From: Fibrobacteria bacterium | GTDB taxonomy: Bacteria > Fibrobacterota > Fibrobacteria > UBA11236 | Length of the DNA stretch: 64,000 bases | Assembly: GCA_043745805.1 (NCBI GenBank) | Contig: JAYTSD010000001.1 | Coordinates: 96,001 to 160,000, forward strand | Direction: 5' to 3' | Shown: positions 38,293 to 47,181 of the stretch, piece by piece | How the letters are laid out: each line of letters opens with the position of its first letter | How positions within the stretch are numbered: the first letter of the stretch is position 1 | The notes under the pieces: model-generated | What the model was told of the DNA's origin: nothing | Database searches by the model: none | Seen by the model: only the letters and a program-made list of their open reading frames with translations | Program-made: the position numbers and the translations under genes

Positions 38293-40717
38293 AATTTACC
38301 AAAACCGGAAAGAAGGGGAACTGAGTGACTTTTAACAATGCAGGAGGATTTTTTTGAGTGTTATAGAAATACAGAAAAACATTTTCATGATTTGTAATAT
38401 TTAAAATAGTCCAAGAAAAATTCCATTTCCCTTCCCGACCCCAATCCACCGCTTTAATATCCCAACGGAAATAAGGGGGAACAAAAGCCATATTGCGATT
38501 GCTTTTGATGAGACTGACATTATCATTGAATTCGGGATTAGGTCCGCCGGCTTGTTTACCTTGATTTTGATCTTGTAAATGTGTGGGTAAATAGCCTATC
38601 ACTTCGGTATAAGGAAGACCTGTTGCATATTTGATTTGCATGGAGCTGCGAAAATAGCGCCCTTTTATATTCGAAGCCCACATCCCATCTTTGCCCTTCC
38701 AATTAATGGCTAAGTCTCCTTTAAAACTATGCGGCTGATGCCATTTGGGATAATAAGCGGTAGGATTTCCCTCTTCTATGGAAACCGAATATCCATGACT
38801 ATAACTTAATCCTCCAAACAATAATCCTTCCGGTCGACGCAAGGACGTTTCAAAACCATAACTATAACCTTCTGCTTTTATGAATTTATCTCCCAAGGAA
38901 GATTGTGGGTCTTTGAGTACAGAGTCGGGAACATCATTAGGAGAAAACACTAATAGATTATTAAGCGTTTTATAATATCCTTCTAGGGTAAAATCAAATT
39001 GATTGAATAATTTTTCTTTTCCGTATCCTAAGGAAAAAAGTAGGGAAGATGTGGGCTGAATGGTTTGGTATTTTACTTTTTTAGAGGGGTAATAGAATTC
39101 ATTAATGGTTTCGAAATCACCAAATTGTATGGAGTTTACATATTGCAAATAATAGCCGGTATGGAAATCGAGGGATTGATCATAAGGCAGTTTTTGTTTA
39201 AGGGAAAAGCGTGGCTCTAATCCAATTTTATTTATGGCGCTTTCATAATTACTGCGTAAACCAGTGGTGATTTCCGTGGAATTTAAGGACCATTTATCTT
39301 GTAGAAAAAAACTACTTAAGGAAAAGGATGTTATATCCGTTTCTTTAACTTTAGCGATAACTTGATTATTAGTAAAGTCAGTGTTTAGCCAATTTAATTC
39401 TAAGCCTGTAGTGAGACGATGATTTTCAATGCCCGTATATTCAAAAACCGGTTTAAGCATATAGGTTTCGATACGATTATAAAAGGAGAAAATATTTTGC
39501 AGGGCAAAAGTTTGACTGAATAAACTATACGAAGCGGTGGTTTGTAAGGACATGTTATCCGAAATTTTATTTGTGTAATTAAAGGGGATAATGGTGTTTC
39601 CCCATTCCACCGTAAAAGGACTAAAGTCTAATTTATCTCTTCCCGTATAAAAGGAAAGCATACTTTGTTGTTCTTTATTAAAGGTATATTGCAGGTTACC
39701 TTGGCCATCATAAAAAAAGTAATTCAAGTTTAAGTCGGTAATGCCTGCATGGCGCAATTGATCGATAATTTCTTTGATATAGGTTCCGCGTCCGGCTAAT
39801 AACCAACGGAGTTTTCCTTCATGCCCTTCATTATGAATTTGTGTGGCAAAGGTGCTGATTTTAATTGAGCTCTTGGTCCAGCTCTCTACGGTGTCCTCAC
39901 CGCCTTTGCGAGATTTTATATCGAGTACGGAAGATAAGCGATTTCCATATTCTGGTGGAAAGCCGCCTTTATAAAAGGTAACATCGTCAATACCCTCCAC
40001 TAAAAATGTGGAAAACAAACCAAAGAAATGGACGGGAGAATAAACCACCGCTTTATCCAAAAGAATTAGGTTTTGATCTGCGCCACCGCCACGTACATAA
40101 ATTTTGGTAGAAAAATCCGAGCTAGAAACCACACCGGGTAAACCTTGAATGGATCGCATGACATCGGCTTCCGCTAAGCCTGGCATACGCTTAATCAGCT
40201 TTGCACTGACGGTACTTTTACCTAGCGCGCGTTTGGGTGTACGTTGAGCGCGTACTAATACTTTTTTTAATTGCACGGCCTCTTCCGATTTAAGAGCCGC
40301 ATCACTTGCATTTGAATTAGCGGCAGAATCGATTGGATCTAATGTGGAGGCGGAGGAGTCGGGATTGAGAGCATTTGCAACGACAAGGCCATTAGCACCT
40401 AAAGTGGCAGCAAAGGTAGAGTCCTTGCCATGATACTCTAGCAAATAACATTTCTCTAAATCGTCACGGCGAAAACACAAATTCCAAGCGGTGTCTTGTG
40501 GAAGTAAAACCGTAAAGGGTTGATTAAAGTATACATGGGTGGTGTCGCCACTTTCCAAGACTTCCAAGCGAATAGGTGCGGTATGGAGTGAAGACGGGAT
40601 ATTAAAGGCCGTATCGACAAAGTTACCCTGATATTTTATACCGGATGATGTTCCTGCATTTAAGATGCCTAAGGCACTTAATAATACGAGGATAAAGAAA
40701 TAGTTCATACTTTTCAT
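38276..40717 (-). CDS. TonB-dependent receptor
   Basis: Plug motif LPGV..IYVRGGGADQNLILLD, KGGFPPEYGNRLSSVLDI; C-terminal F. Confidence 0.92.
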   Translation of the reverse strand: MKSMNYFFILVLLSALGILNAGTSSGIKYQGNFVDTAFNIPSSLHTAPIRLEVLESGDTTHVYFNQPFTVLLPQDTAWNLCFRRDDLEKCYLLEYHGKDSTFAATLGANGLVVANALNPDSSASTLDPIDSAANSNASDAALKSEEAVQLKKVLVRAQRTPKRALGKSTVSAKLIKRMPGLAEADVMRSIQGLPGVVSSSDFSTKIYVRGGGADQNLILLDKAVVYSPVHFFGLFSTFLVEGIDDVTFYKGGFPPEYGNRLSSVLDIKSRKGGEDTVESWTKSSIKISTFATQIHNEGHEGKLRWLLAGRGTYIKEIIDQLRHAGITDLNLNYFFYDGQGNLQYTFNKEQQSMLSFYTGRDKLDFSPFTVEWGNTIIPFNYTNKISDNMSLQTTASYSLFSQTFALQNIFSFYNRIETYMLKPVFEYTGIENHRLTTGLELNWLNTDFTNNQVIAKVKETDITSFSLSSFFLQDKWSLNSTEITTGLRSNYESAINKIGLEPRFSLKQKLPYDQSLDFHTGYYLQYVNSIQFGDFETINEFYYPSKKVKYQTIQPTSSLLFSLGYGKEKLFNQFDFTLEGYYKTLNNLLVFSPNDVPDSVLKDPQSSLGDKFIKAEGYSYGFETSLRRPEGLLFGGLSYSHGYSVSIEEGNPTAYYPKWHQPHSFKGDLAINWKGKDGMWASNIKGRYFRSSMQIKYATGLPYTEVIGYLPTHLQDQNQGKQAGGPNPEFNDNVSLIKSNRNMAFVPPYFRWDIKAVDWGREGKWNFSWTILNITNHENVFLYFYNTQKNPPALLKVTQFPFFPVLVNYEYYF

Positions 40718-40735
40718 GCGATAAAGCTCTCAGAA

Positions 40736-40771
40736 GTTAACAATGTAAACTATTTCTGGACAATTTGTCAA
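40736..40771 (-). promoter_or_regulatory. Sigma70 promoter with overlapping palindromic operator for the TBDR/TonB operon
   Basis: TTGACA-18-TACATT on the minus strand; operator GTTAACAATGTAAAC at 40736-40750. Confidence 0.75.
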
Positions 40772-41376
40772 CGCTGTTCCAATAGTCGACGCCCTTTGGG
40801 CGAGCAAATACCAAGAAAACAAAGCATAGTTGAGTCCTTAAATAATTGTTTAAACTCAACAATGTCCATGGGAAGTTTGTGCGAAAGAAATAAGGCTACT
40901 AGCCCATGACTATGTGCCCAAATAGACAGAGCGACTTTGTACGGATCTCCCTTTTGAAAAATCCCTTCATGCATACATTCTTGTACTCGATCTATTAAAA
41001 ATTGAAATGTGGCTTCTCCTTTGCTTTTTATATCAGGCGGGGTTTCACCGTGACCTAATTGCTCTGGGGCCATAAAAAGAACTTCATAATATTTGCTTTG
41101 TTCTAGCGCAAAAAGTAAATAGGCTTCTCCGCCTAATTGAAATCGCTCTAAAGGGGATTTTCCTTCTAAGGCTTTGTATAAATAGGCACCAAACAGAGTA
41201 AAGCCTTCGCCAATCACTTTATAGATTAGGCTTTCTTTGTTTTTATAATGACGATAAATTGCGGTGGCCGAGACATTGAGCTGTTCGGCAATTTTTCGCA
41301 TGGATAAACCATGCAGTCCATGTTCTAAGTATAGATCGCGAGCTGATTCTAAAATTTTCTGGGATAAGTCCGACAT
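40768..41376 (-). CDS. TetR/AcrR-family regulator (WHG-type C-terminus)
   Basis: GLHGLSMRKIAEQLNVSATAIYRHYKNKESL; WAHSHG; start reassigned to MSDL at 41376. Confidence 0.92.
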   Translation of the reverse strand: MSDLSQKILESARDLYLEHGLHGLSMRKIAEQLNVSATAIYRHYKNKESLIYKVIGEGFTLFGAYLYKALEGKSPLERFQLGGEAYLLFALEQSKYYEVLFMAPEQLGHGETPPDIKSKGEATFQFLIDRVQECMHEGIFQKGDPYKVALSIWAHSHGLVALFLSHKLPMDIVEFKQLFKDSTMLCFLGICSPKGRRLLEQR

Positions 41377-41412
41377 GTTAACAATGTTAACTATTTCGGG
41401 GAGGCAATTCAA
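41377..41412 (-). promoter_or_regulatory. Sigma70 promoter with palindromic operator; probably leaderless tetR mRNA
   Basis: TTGAAT-17-TAACAT-7-ATG; perfect palindrome GTTAACA-A-TGTTAAC at 41377-41391. Confidence 0.75.
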
Positions 41413-42305
41413 GTACTATAAAAAAACTTCCCTATGGCCCAAGCGGGAAATACAAATAATACGCAAGTAAAGGCCGCCAAAGGAGGCACGGAGTTGGTTA
41501 ACATGCCCAATCCATCCACTAGGGGTAAAAGTCGTAGTAGCATCCCAATGGTTTGCCCAGTGGCTGCAGGAGAGGGATCTTTTATCAAACGCGTAAGAGG
41601 TTTATGTAAAAACCAACCAATGGCGATGAGTAAAATAACGCCTAAGGATTGCGACGGCTTATCGGGTGAGGGCTTACTCAAAATTAACCAAGTACTGCAC
41701 CATGCAAATAAGCCAATTAAAAAATAGCGTACTTTTTCCAATTTATTACCCTGCACTTCATCGCGCGCTAAATAAGTGACCAAAGCGATATAACCCCATA
41801 AAGAAAATAAGGCAATGCCCCATGATTTATTTACAGCGGCTTCTAAAGGCAAAGTTTTCCAAGCTAAACTCATTCCGGTTAAAAGATTAAGCAAGCGGCA
41901 AAGGCCCATGGAAGCTGGGCCCCAGAAGCTACCCTTAAGCGAAAAATTATAAGCAAAAATACTGAGGCATAAAGCTAAAGCAAATCCCGCGGATAAAGGA
42001 TTCGCAAAAAATAACAGTAATAAACCCCCAAGCATAAACACTAAACTTAAAGTCCAAGCTTGTTTTAAGGTAATGGCGCCGGAAGGTAAAGGGCGATTGG
42101 GCCTTTCTTCGGCATCAATTTGGTAATCGGCAATATCATTTAAAGCCATACCCGCAGCAATAAACACAGCAGCCGCGATTAATCCTGCGCCTAAAGCCCA
42201 ACTTAAAGTACGTCCGCCAGCTATGAGGTAACCGGCATAGGCATTAGACATGGAGCTAAAAATGGTGGGTAAGCGTATTAAGGCAAAATAGGACGGTAAC
42301 TTCAA
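41409..42305 (-). CDS. UbiA-family prenyltransferase (EboC-like)
   Basis: NDIAD..DAEERPNRPLPSG, YN, MGLCR; multiple TMs. Confidence 0.85.
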   Translation of the reverse strand: MKLPSYFALIRLPTIFSSMSNAYAGYLIAGGRTLSWALGAGLIAAAVFIAAGMALNDIADYQIDAEERPNRPLPSGAITLKQAWTLSLVFMLGGLLLLFFANPLSAGFALALCLSIFAYNFSLKGSFWGPASMGLCRLLNLLTGMSLAWKTLPLEAAVNKSWGIALFSLWGYIALVTYLARDEVQGNKLEKVRYFLIGLFAWCSTWLILSKPSPDKPSQSLGVILLIAIGWFLHKPLTRLIKDPSPAATGQTIGMLLRLLPLVDGLGMLTNSVPPLAAFTCVLFVFPAWAIGKFFYST

Positions 42306-43432
42306 GGATGCTCCTGTTGTGAGGATGAAAGAGACATTTTAATTTTTGTTTTTCTTTGCAAAACCCAATGTTCTTTGCTGAGCGCATAAACATAGCAGAG
42401 TAAATAAATCCCAAGAATAACCGTATCGCCTTGCCAAGCATGTTGAAACGGTTTTTTGAGACCGCTGATTTCAATAAACATGGCTAAGATAAAAAGATGA
42501 AGGATGTAAATATCTAAGCTATGCCGGCCTAAGGCGAGGATTATATGGGAAACCCTTTGCCATAGTGGATAGCGGAGGGAGAAAATTATTTTCGCGCAGG
42601 CATAAATCAATAAGGTTAAAGAAAGAATCATCGGAATTAAAATGGGACGTAAATTATAGTAGGGAATGCTTTGCTCAACAGTAACCGGCCCCGCATGGCT
42701 GCGTAATATGCGGGCGGTTTCAAAACGTCCCAGCGGATCCGAAAAAATATCCGTGAACGAATGATAATGCAAGCAAGCTGCAAGGGGCAATAAAGCAAAA
42801 ATTAATAGTAAGGTATAAATCCAAAGTTTATTCCAAGGCCTGGTCATCATGAAAAGCAATCCTGCACCCGCAAAAATATTTAACGGCAATAAAGGACTAT
42901 TTCCTGCATTTACGAAATACCATTGTAAATGTTGCTTATCTAAATAAAGACATAAGCCTATGCTGGCGATTAATAATGTAGGGATGGATAAAATCGAATA
43001 GGGCAGTAATAATAGGCCTCCCCAAATTAAAGTGGTATAGGCGATGGTGGCTAAAATTCCGCTGGTAAGTAAGGCATCGGGCCAATGGAAACCATTTTCG
43101 AGAACAAAAAATAATGCTGAAACCAACCATAAGGCCAAAGCTCTTTTCACATTCCGTATGCACCAAATTTTTGCACGAAGATTTTTTTGCCAGCTATAGT
43201 AAAGGCTACAACCCACTAGCAATAAAAATAAGGAGGCGGTCATGGGTTCAATTAATAAAGCAAACTCGCTCCAATCACGACGCTCGGAACGCAAAATTAA
43301 TCGTGTGGTATGCGACGCTATCATCAGCCAAACGGCAAGGGTGCGTAAAACATCTAGCGCGGGATCTCGATGGGCAATTGCTGCGGCTGGGAGAAAAGTA
43401 GGAGAGGATTCCAAGTGATTATTCATGGCCAC
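42302..43432 (-). CDS. DUF1624/HGSNAT-like membrane acyltransferase-family protein
   Basis: RDPALDVLRTLAVWLMIASH, LGRHSLDIYILH; multi-TM. Confidence 0.75.
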   Translation of the reverse strand: MAMNNHLESSPTFLPAAAIAHRDPALDVLRTLAVWLMIASHTTRLILRSERRDWSEFALLIEPMTASLFLLLVGCSLYYSWQKNLRAKIWCIRNVKRALALWLVSALFFVLENGFHWPDALLTSGILATIAYTTLIWGGLLLLPYSILSIPTLLIASIGLCLYLDKQHLQWYFVNAGNSPLLPLNIFAGAGLLFMMTRPWNKLWIYTLLLIFALLPLAACLHYHSFTDIFSDPLGRFETARILRSHAGPVTVEQSIPYYNLRPILIPMILSLTLLIYACAKIIFSLRYPLWQRVSHIILALGRHSLDIYILHLFILAMFIEISGLKKPFQHAWQGDTVILGIYLLCYVYALSKEHWVLQRKTKIKMSLSSSQQEHP

Positions 43433-43587
43433 TATTTAGGAATTTTATTGGTCGTTGGGAGGGGTGGCATGGGCCGGTAAAAAAACCAATCTTAAATTTT
43501 GCTATTTGCTTTCATAAAGTGCGGATAAAACTGTATACTAGGAGGATTATTTTTAGATTTGGCTAAAAGCTTAAGGGAGATTCGCCC

Positions 43588-44181
43588 ATGTTAACAACAG
43601 GTTTATTTTGGATAATAGCTGCTTTGGCAGCGGTTTTAATTGCGGCAAGTCTTTACAATGCATTAAAACGACGAGAAAAGGAATCCGTCCGTAATACTGG
43701 GGACGCCGGATCGCCTATATATGCCAGCGGTGTTTATTCCCTTATTCGCAAATCGCCGCGTCAAGATGTGGAATTACGCATTCCAACTTTAGAGAATATT
43801 CAGGCTGAATTAGCTAAACCAGAACCTGCACCGGAAGCGAATGCATGCGCAGAACAATATCTCGAAGAGTGGCGGCGAATCGCCAATCTTTGTATAAATA
43901 ACATCGAAAAAGGAGATAAGGATGGAGTGCAAACTTACCGTTATCAGGTTCCGGAAAAATGCCAGAAATCCTGTTCACGGTTTGGAGGTGACGCGTATGT
44001 TACTCGAGAGCAATTGCATAATCATAGCCAACTTATCCCGCCTTTTCATTTAGGCTGCGGCGTGCAACTTATCACTAAGGAAGCTTGGAGTGCCACTTCT
44101 GAAAGTGGGGGATGGACGCCGATTTTACCTGTGAATGGGGTTTATCCCACACTGGATTGGAGAACTTTTGTCAAACTGTAG
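43588..44181 (+). CDS. Membrane-anchored hypothetical protein with CxxxC...PPFHLGC motif
   Basis: N-terminal TM; GGGAG RBS; putative metal-binding motif. Confidence 0.7.
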   Translation: MLTTGLFWIIAALAAVLIAASLYNALKRREKESVRNTGDAGSPIYASGVYSLIRKSPRQDVELRIPTLENIQAELAKPEPAPEANACAEQYLEEWRRIANLCINNIEKGDKDGVQTYRYQVPEKCQKSCSRFGGDAYVTREQLHNHSQLIPPFHLGCGVQLITKEAWSATSESGGWTPILPVNGVYPTLDWRTFVKL

Positions 44182-46528
44182 ATTGAAACACCGCCTGCTA
44201 TTTTTAAGCTTTATCTTCCTCTTTGCTACGCAAGAACTGCGGGCGCAAGGGGGATCGGCGGTGATTACTTTGGTGATGCCTGTTGGCGCTCGTCAATTAG
44301 GTATGGGTGAAGCCGCCACTGCGGTTGCGGATGATGCTTTTGCGACTTATTGGAACCCCGCAGGTTTGGCCTTCGGCCCTTTAGCGAATGAATGGGAAAT
44401 GATGCTGCCCACCCCGTCCCCACAAAATAAATTTACTGTAATGGCCACTAAACCCCGTTCAGGATTTTTATTGAAGTCGATTATTTGGGCTGGATCCCAA
44501 AATGGCTTGCTTTATTATGATGGAAAAATTTGGCGCGATTATTATGAATATGTTATGGAGCAGGGCGAACAAGTAGAAAAAGTGGTGCGCAAATATATTG
44601 GCTCGAGTGATAACTTAGACAGTTTGGTTAAAGTAGTTAAGAACTATAATCATATTAACTCTGCTAAAGAAGCAGAAGAATTGATTAGTTTAAAACTGCC
44701 CTACAATTTGCTTTTTAAAGACCCAGTAACCGCTCTAGTATTAGATAATACCGAACGTTTATGGGTGGGTACTGCGGGTGGATTATATCGTTTTGACGGC
44801 GGAAGCTGGAAAGTTTTTGATCGCGAAGAAGGCTTTACCATGTTAACGGAAGCGGCGAAGGTAACGCCAACGGTTCAAGACACGCTTAAATTAGATTCGC
44901 TAAAAATTGTAAAAGACTCTACAAGGTTAGATACGCTAAAAATCGCCGAACCGAGCGTTGATCACCCTTTATTTATTAAAAAGGCTATTACCAGTTTGGC
45001 CATGAAAGGAACCAGTTTATGGATTGGTACCGATGATGGACTTTTTGAATACAAAAAAAGCTCGATTCTCCGCCGCGGTCAAAATTTGTTACCTAGCCAA
45101 TATATTACTGCTATTACTACTCATGAAAATATCGATGAAATTTATGCTGCGGTAAAAGATAAAGGCTTAGCTCGCTATACGCCTCCCAAAACTTCGGGAG
45201 GTACGGCCAAATGGAAAATTTATACTACGGCGGATGGATTGCTCGATTCGAGTATTTCGCAATTAGTTTTGGATAAGTTTGGTCATGTATGGGCCGCGCA
45301 TAAGAATGGTGTTTCGCACTTTTCGCTTACGGCCTGGGAAAAAATTCGTTTTAAAAAACAAGAAGTGCACAGCCTCGCTTTGGATGAAGATAATCATATT
45401 TGGATTGGGACCTCCGAAGGCGCTTGGAAACACACTCCAGCCTATACTAATGCGAAAGGTCGACTCTTAGCCAAAAAAATCGATGGCAAGCCTGAGAATG
45501 ACAATAAAGGTGAAGATAAAAAAGGCGATTGGATTCATTTTCATACAGGCAACGGTTTATCGCAAAAAAATGTGACAGAAATTAAAACCCAAGGTAGCGA
45601 TGTTTGGTTTGTAACGGAAGCGGGTATTGAAAGATATAATACAGCCAAATCACAAGTCGCTTTTTTTTATGAAAGCTTATTACCGGTTTTAGGCTTAAAC
45701 GATCTTTATCATGCTTACTTAGGCATGACTTTCCCTGTTGAAGAATGGGGTACTTTAGGTGGGTTTATAAACTTCGTTTCTTTTGGATCCAATGACCTTA
45801 CCGATGCTAGTGGCGATCCAACGGGTAAAGTTGCCTCCTATGAATTTGTTGCAGGACTCTCTTATGGTACACGTTTAAGTCAAGATGCGGGCTTGGGTGT
45901 TAACGCTAAATTTTTGTATTCCGCCTTAGCACCTGGCCAATCGGCTAGTGGTGAAAAGTCGGATGGTGTAGCAGCTTCTTATGCGGTGGATTTAGGGTTA
46001 CTTTGGAAAAATGTGGGCGTCAAAGGTTTTAGTTTGGCTTTGGTTTTGCAAAATATTGGTCCCGCTGTATTTTATGTGGATCAAGCACAAGCCGATCCCA
46101 TTCCTTTTACTTGGAAGGTGGGCACGGGCTATGAAATTGTACATACGCCGAATCATAAGCTTACCATTGCAGCCGATGCGAGCCGAGAAGCGGTGTTTAG
46201 GGAGAATAATAAGGCTGCTCCGGTTTATATCGGCGCATGGAAAGACTTGGCCTATCCTGAAAATGGACGTGACTTATCCAATGCGGAAGTTTTCCAAAAA
46301 AATTTGGAATTAGGTGTTTATAATTCCGGATTAGAATATGTATATGCCAATGTGGCGGCTTTCCGATTGGGCTTACTTTATGATGATAGCGGAAAACGCT
46401 ATGAGTCGGATATTGGCTTAGGATTTATGATTTCGGATATTTTGCAAGTCGATGGCACTTTTATCAAATCCTTTGACCAAGGTATTCGTAATGGTCAAAA
46501 ACGTTTTAGTATGATTCTGCGTTTTTAA
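44135..46528 (+). CDS. PorV/PorQ-family outer membrane protein with inserted beta-propeller (true start probably slightly downstream)
   Basis: GARQLGMGEA..ADDAFATYWNPAGL; repeated LWVGT/WIGT..GL propeller blades; AVDLG..QNIGP barrel; C-terminal F. Confidence 0.8.
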   Translation: MGFIPHWIGELLSNCRLKHRLLFLSFIFLFATQELRAQGGSAVITLVMPVGARQLGMGEAATAVADDAFATYWNPAGLAFGPLANEWEMMLPTPSPQNKFTVMATKPRSGFLLKSIIWAGSQNGLLYYDGKIWRDYYEYVMEQGEQVEKVVRKYIGSSDNLDSLVKVVKNYNHINSAKEAEELISLKLPYNLLFKDPVTALVLDNTERLWVGTAGGLYRFDGGSWKVFDREEGFTMLTEAAKVTPTVQDTLKLDSLKIVKDSTRLDTLKIAEPSVDHPLFIKKAITSLAMKGTSLWIGTDDGLFEYKKSSILRRGQNLLPSQYITAITTHENIDEIYAAVKDKGLARYTPPKTSGGTAKWKIYTTADGLLDSSISQLVLDKFGHVWAAHKNGVSHFSLTAWEKIRFKKQEVHSLALDEDNHIWIGTSEGAWKHTPAYTNAKGRLLAKKIDGKPENDNKGEDKKGDWIHFHTGNGLSQKNVTEIKTQGSDVWFVTEAGIERYNTAKSQVAFFYESLLPVLGLNDLYHAYLGMTFPVEEWGTLGGFINFVSFGSNDLTDASGDPTGKVASYEFVAGLSYGTRLSQDAGLGVNAKFLYSALAPGQSASGEKSDGVAASYAVDLGLLWKNVGVKGFSLALVLQNIGPAVFYVDQAQADPIPFTWKVGTGYEIVHTPNHKLTIAADASREAVFRENNKAAPVYIGAWKDLAYPENGRDLSNAEVFQKNLELGVYNSGLEYVYANVAAFRLGLLYDDSGKRYESDIGLGFMISDILQVDGTFIKSFDQGIRNGQKRFSMILRF

Positions 46529-46543
46529 AATATTGGCCTATGT

Positions 46544-46562
46544 CTCGGCATCAAATGCCGAG
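46544..46562 (+). terminator. Stem-loop after porV-like gene
   Basis: CTCGGCAT-CAA-ATGCCGAG; no immediate T run. Confidence 0.45.
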
Positions 46563-46687
46563 GCCACCCCGCATTTTTTGCCTCATTCTCCTGCCCATAC
46601 GGAAAAATATTCACCTCAAAGCATAACCCAAGGTGAATGCTAAGGTAAAAAATGAAGAATTCCGCTCAATTTCGCATAAAAATAATT

Positions 46688-46703
46688 TGGCACTCGTTTC
46701 GCT
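46688..46703 (+). promoter_or_regulatory. Sigma54 (-24/-12) promoter
   Basis: TGGCAC-TCGTT-TCGCT, GG-N10-GC, ~27 nt before merR-like start. Confidence 0.7.
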
Positions 46704-46729
46704 CTATCTCATTTCAGCTTTAACTTGTC

Positions 46730-47155
46730 ATGGAGGAGAAGAAAATGTTCAACGAAAGCCAAACCTTAGAATTACCAGAAATTAAAATTGAAGAAACCAA
46801 TACTCGTGAAGATCATTTGGTGAGTATTCGCGATGCGGCACGTATTATTGGCGTGGCGACACACACTTTACGTTATTGGGAAAAAGAATTTGCGGAGTTC
46901 TTAATCGCTCCCCGCACTACCGGAAAACAAAGACGTTACGGTGATCACGAAATTGCTACTTTGCGTCGCATTCATAAAATGCTGAAAGATGAAGGCTATT
47001 CTATTGCCGGTGCAAAACGCGCTTTGTCCAAAAAAGAATTTCCTGATACTCCCACAATGGGGGAGCCTTGGAAAAATAGTATGCTAGGAAATATTAGTGC
47101 AGAAATGGCCGAGCGGATTTTAAATCTCGTAAAGCATGAATTTCATTACGCCTAA
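46730..47155 (+). CDS. MerR-family HTH protein
   Basis: SIRDAARIIGVATHTLRYWEKEF, GKQRRY, GYSIAGAK. Confidence 0.9.
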   Translation: MEEKKMFNESQTLELPEIKIEETNTREDHLVSIRDAARIIGVATHTLRYWEKEFAEFLIAPRTTGKQRRYGDHEIATLRRIHKMLKDEGYSIAGAKRALSKKEFPDTPTMGEPWKNSMLGNISAEMAERILNLVKHEFHYA

Positions 47156-47181
47156 GGGTAACCTAAAAAATACCCAAAGGC

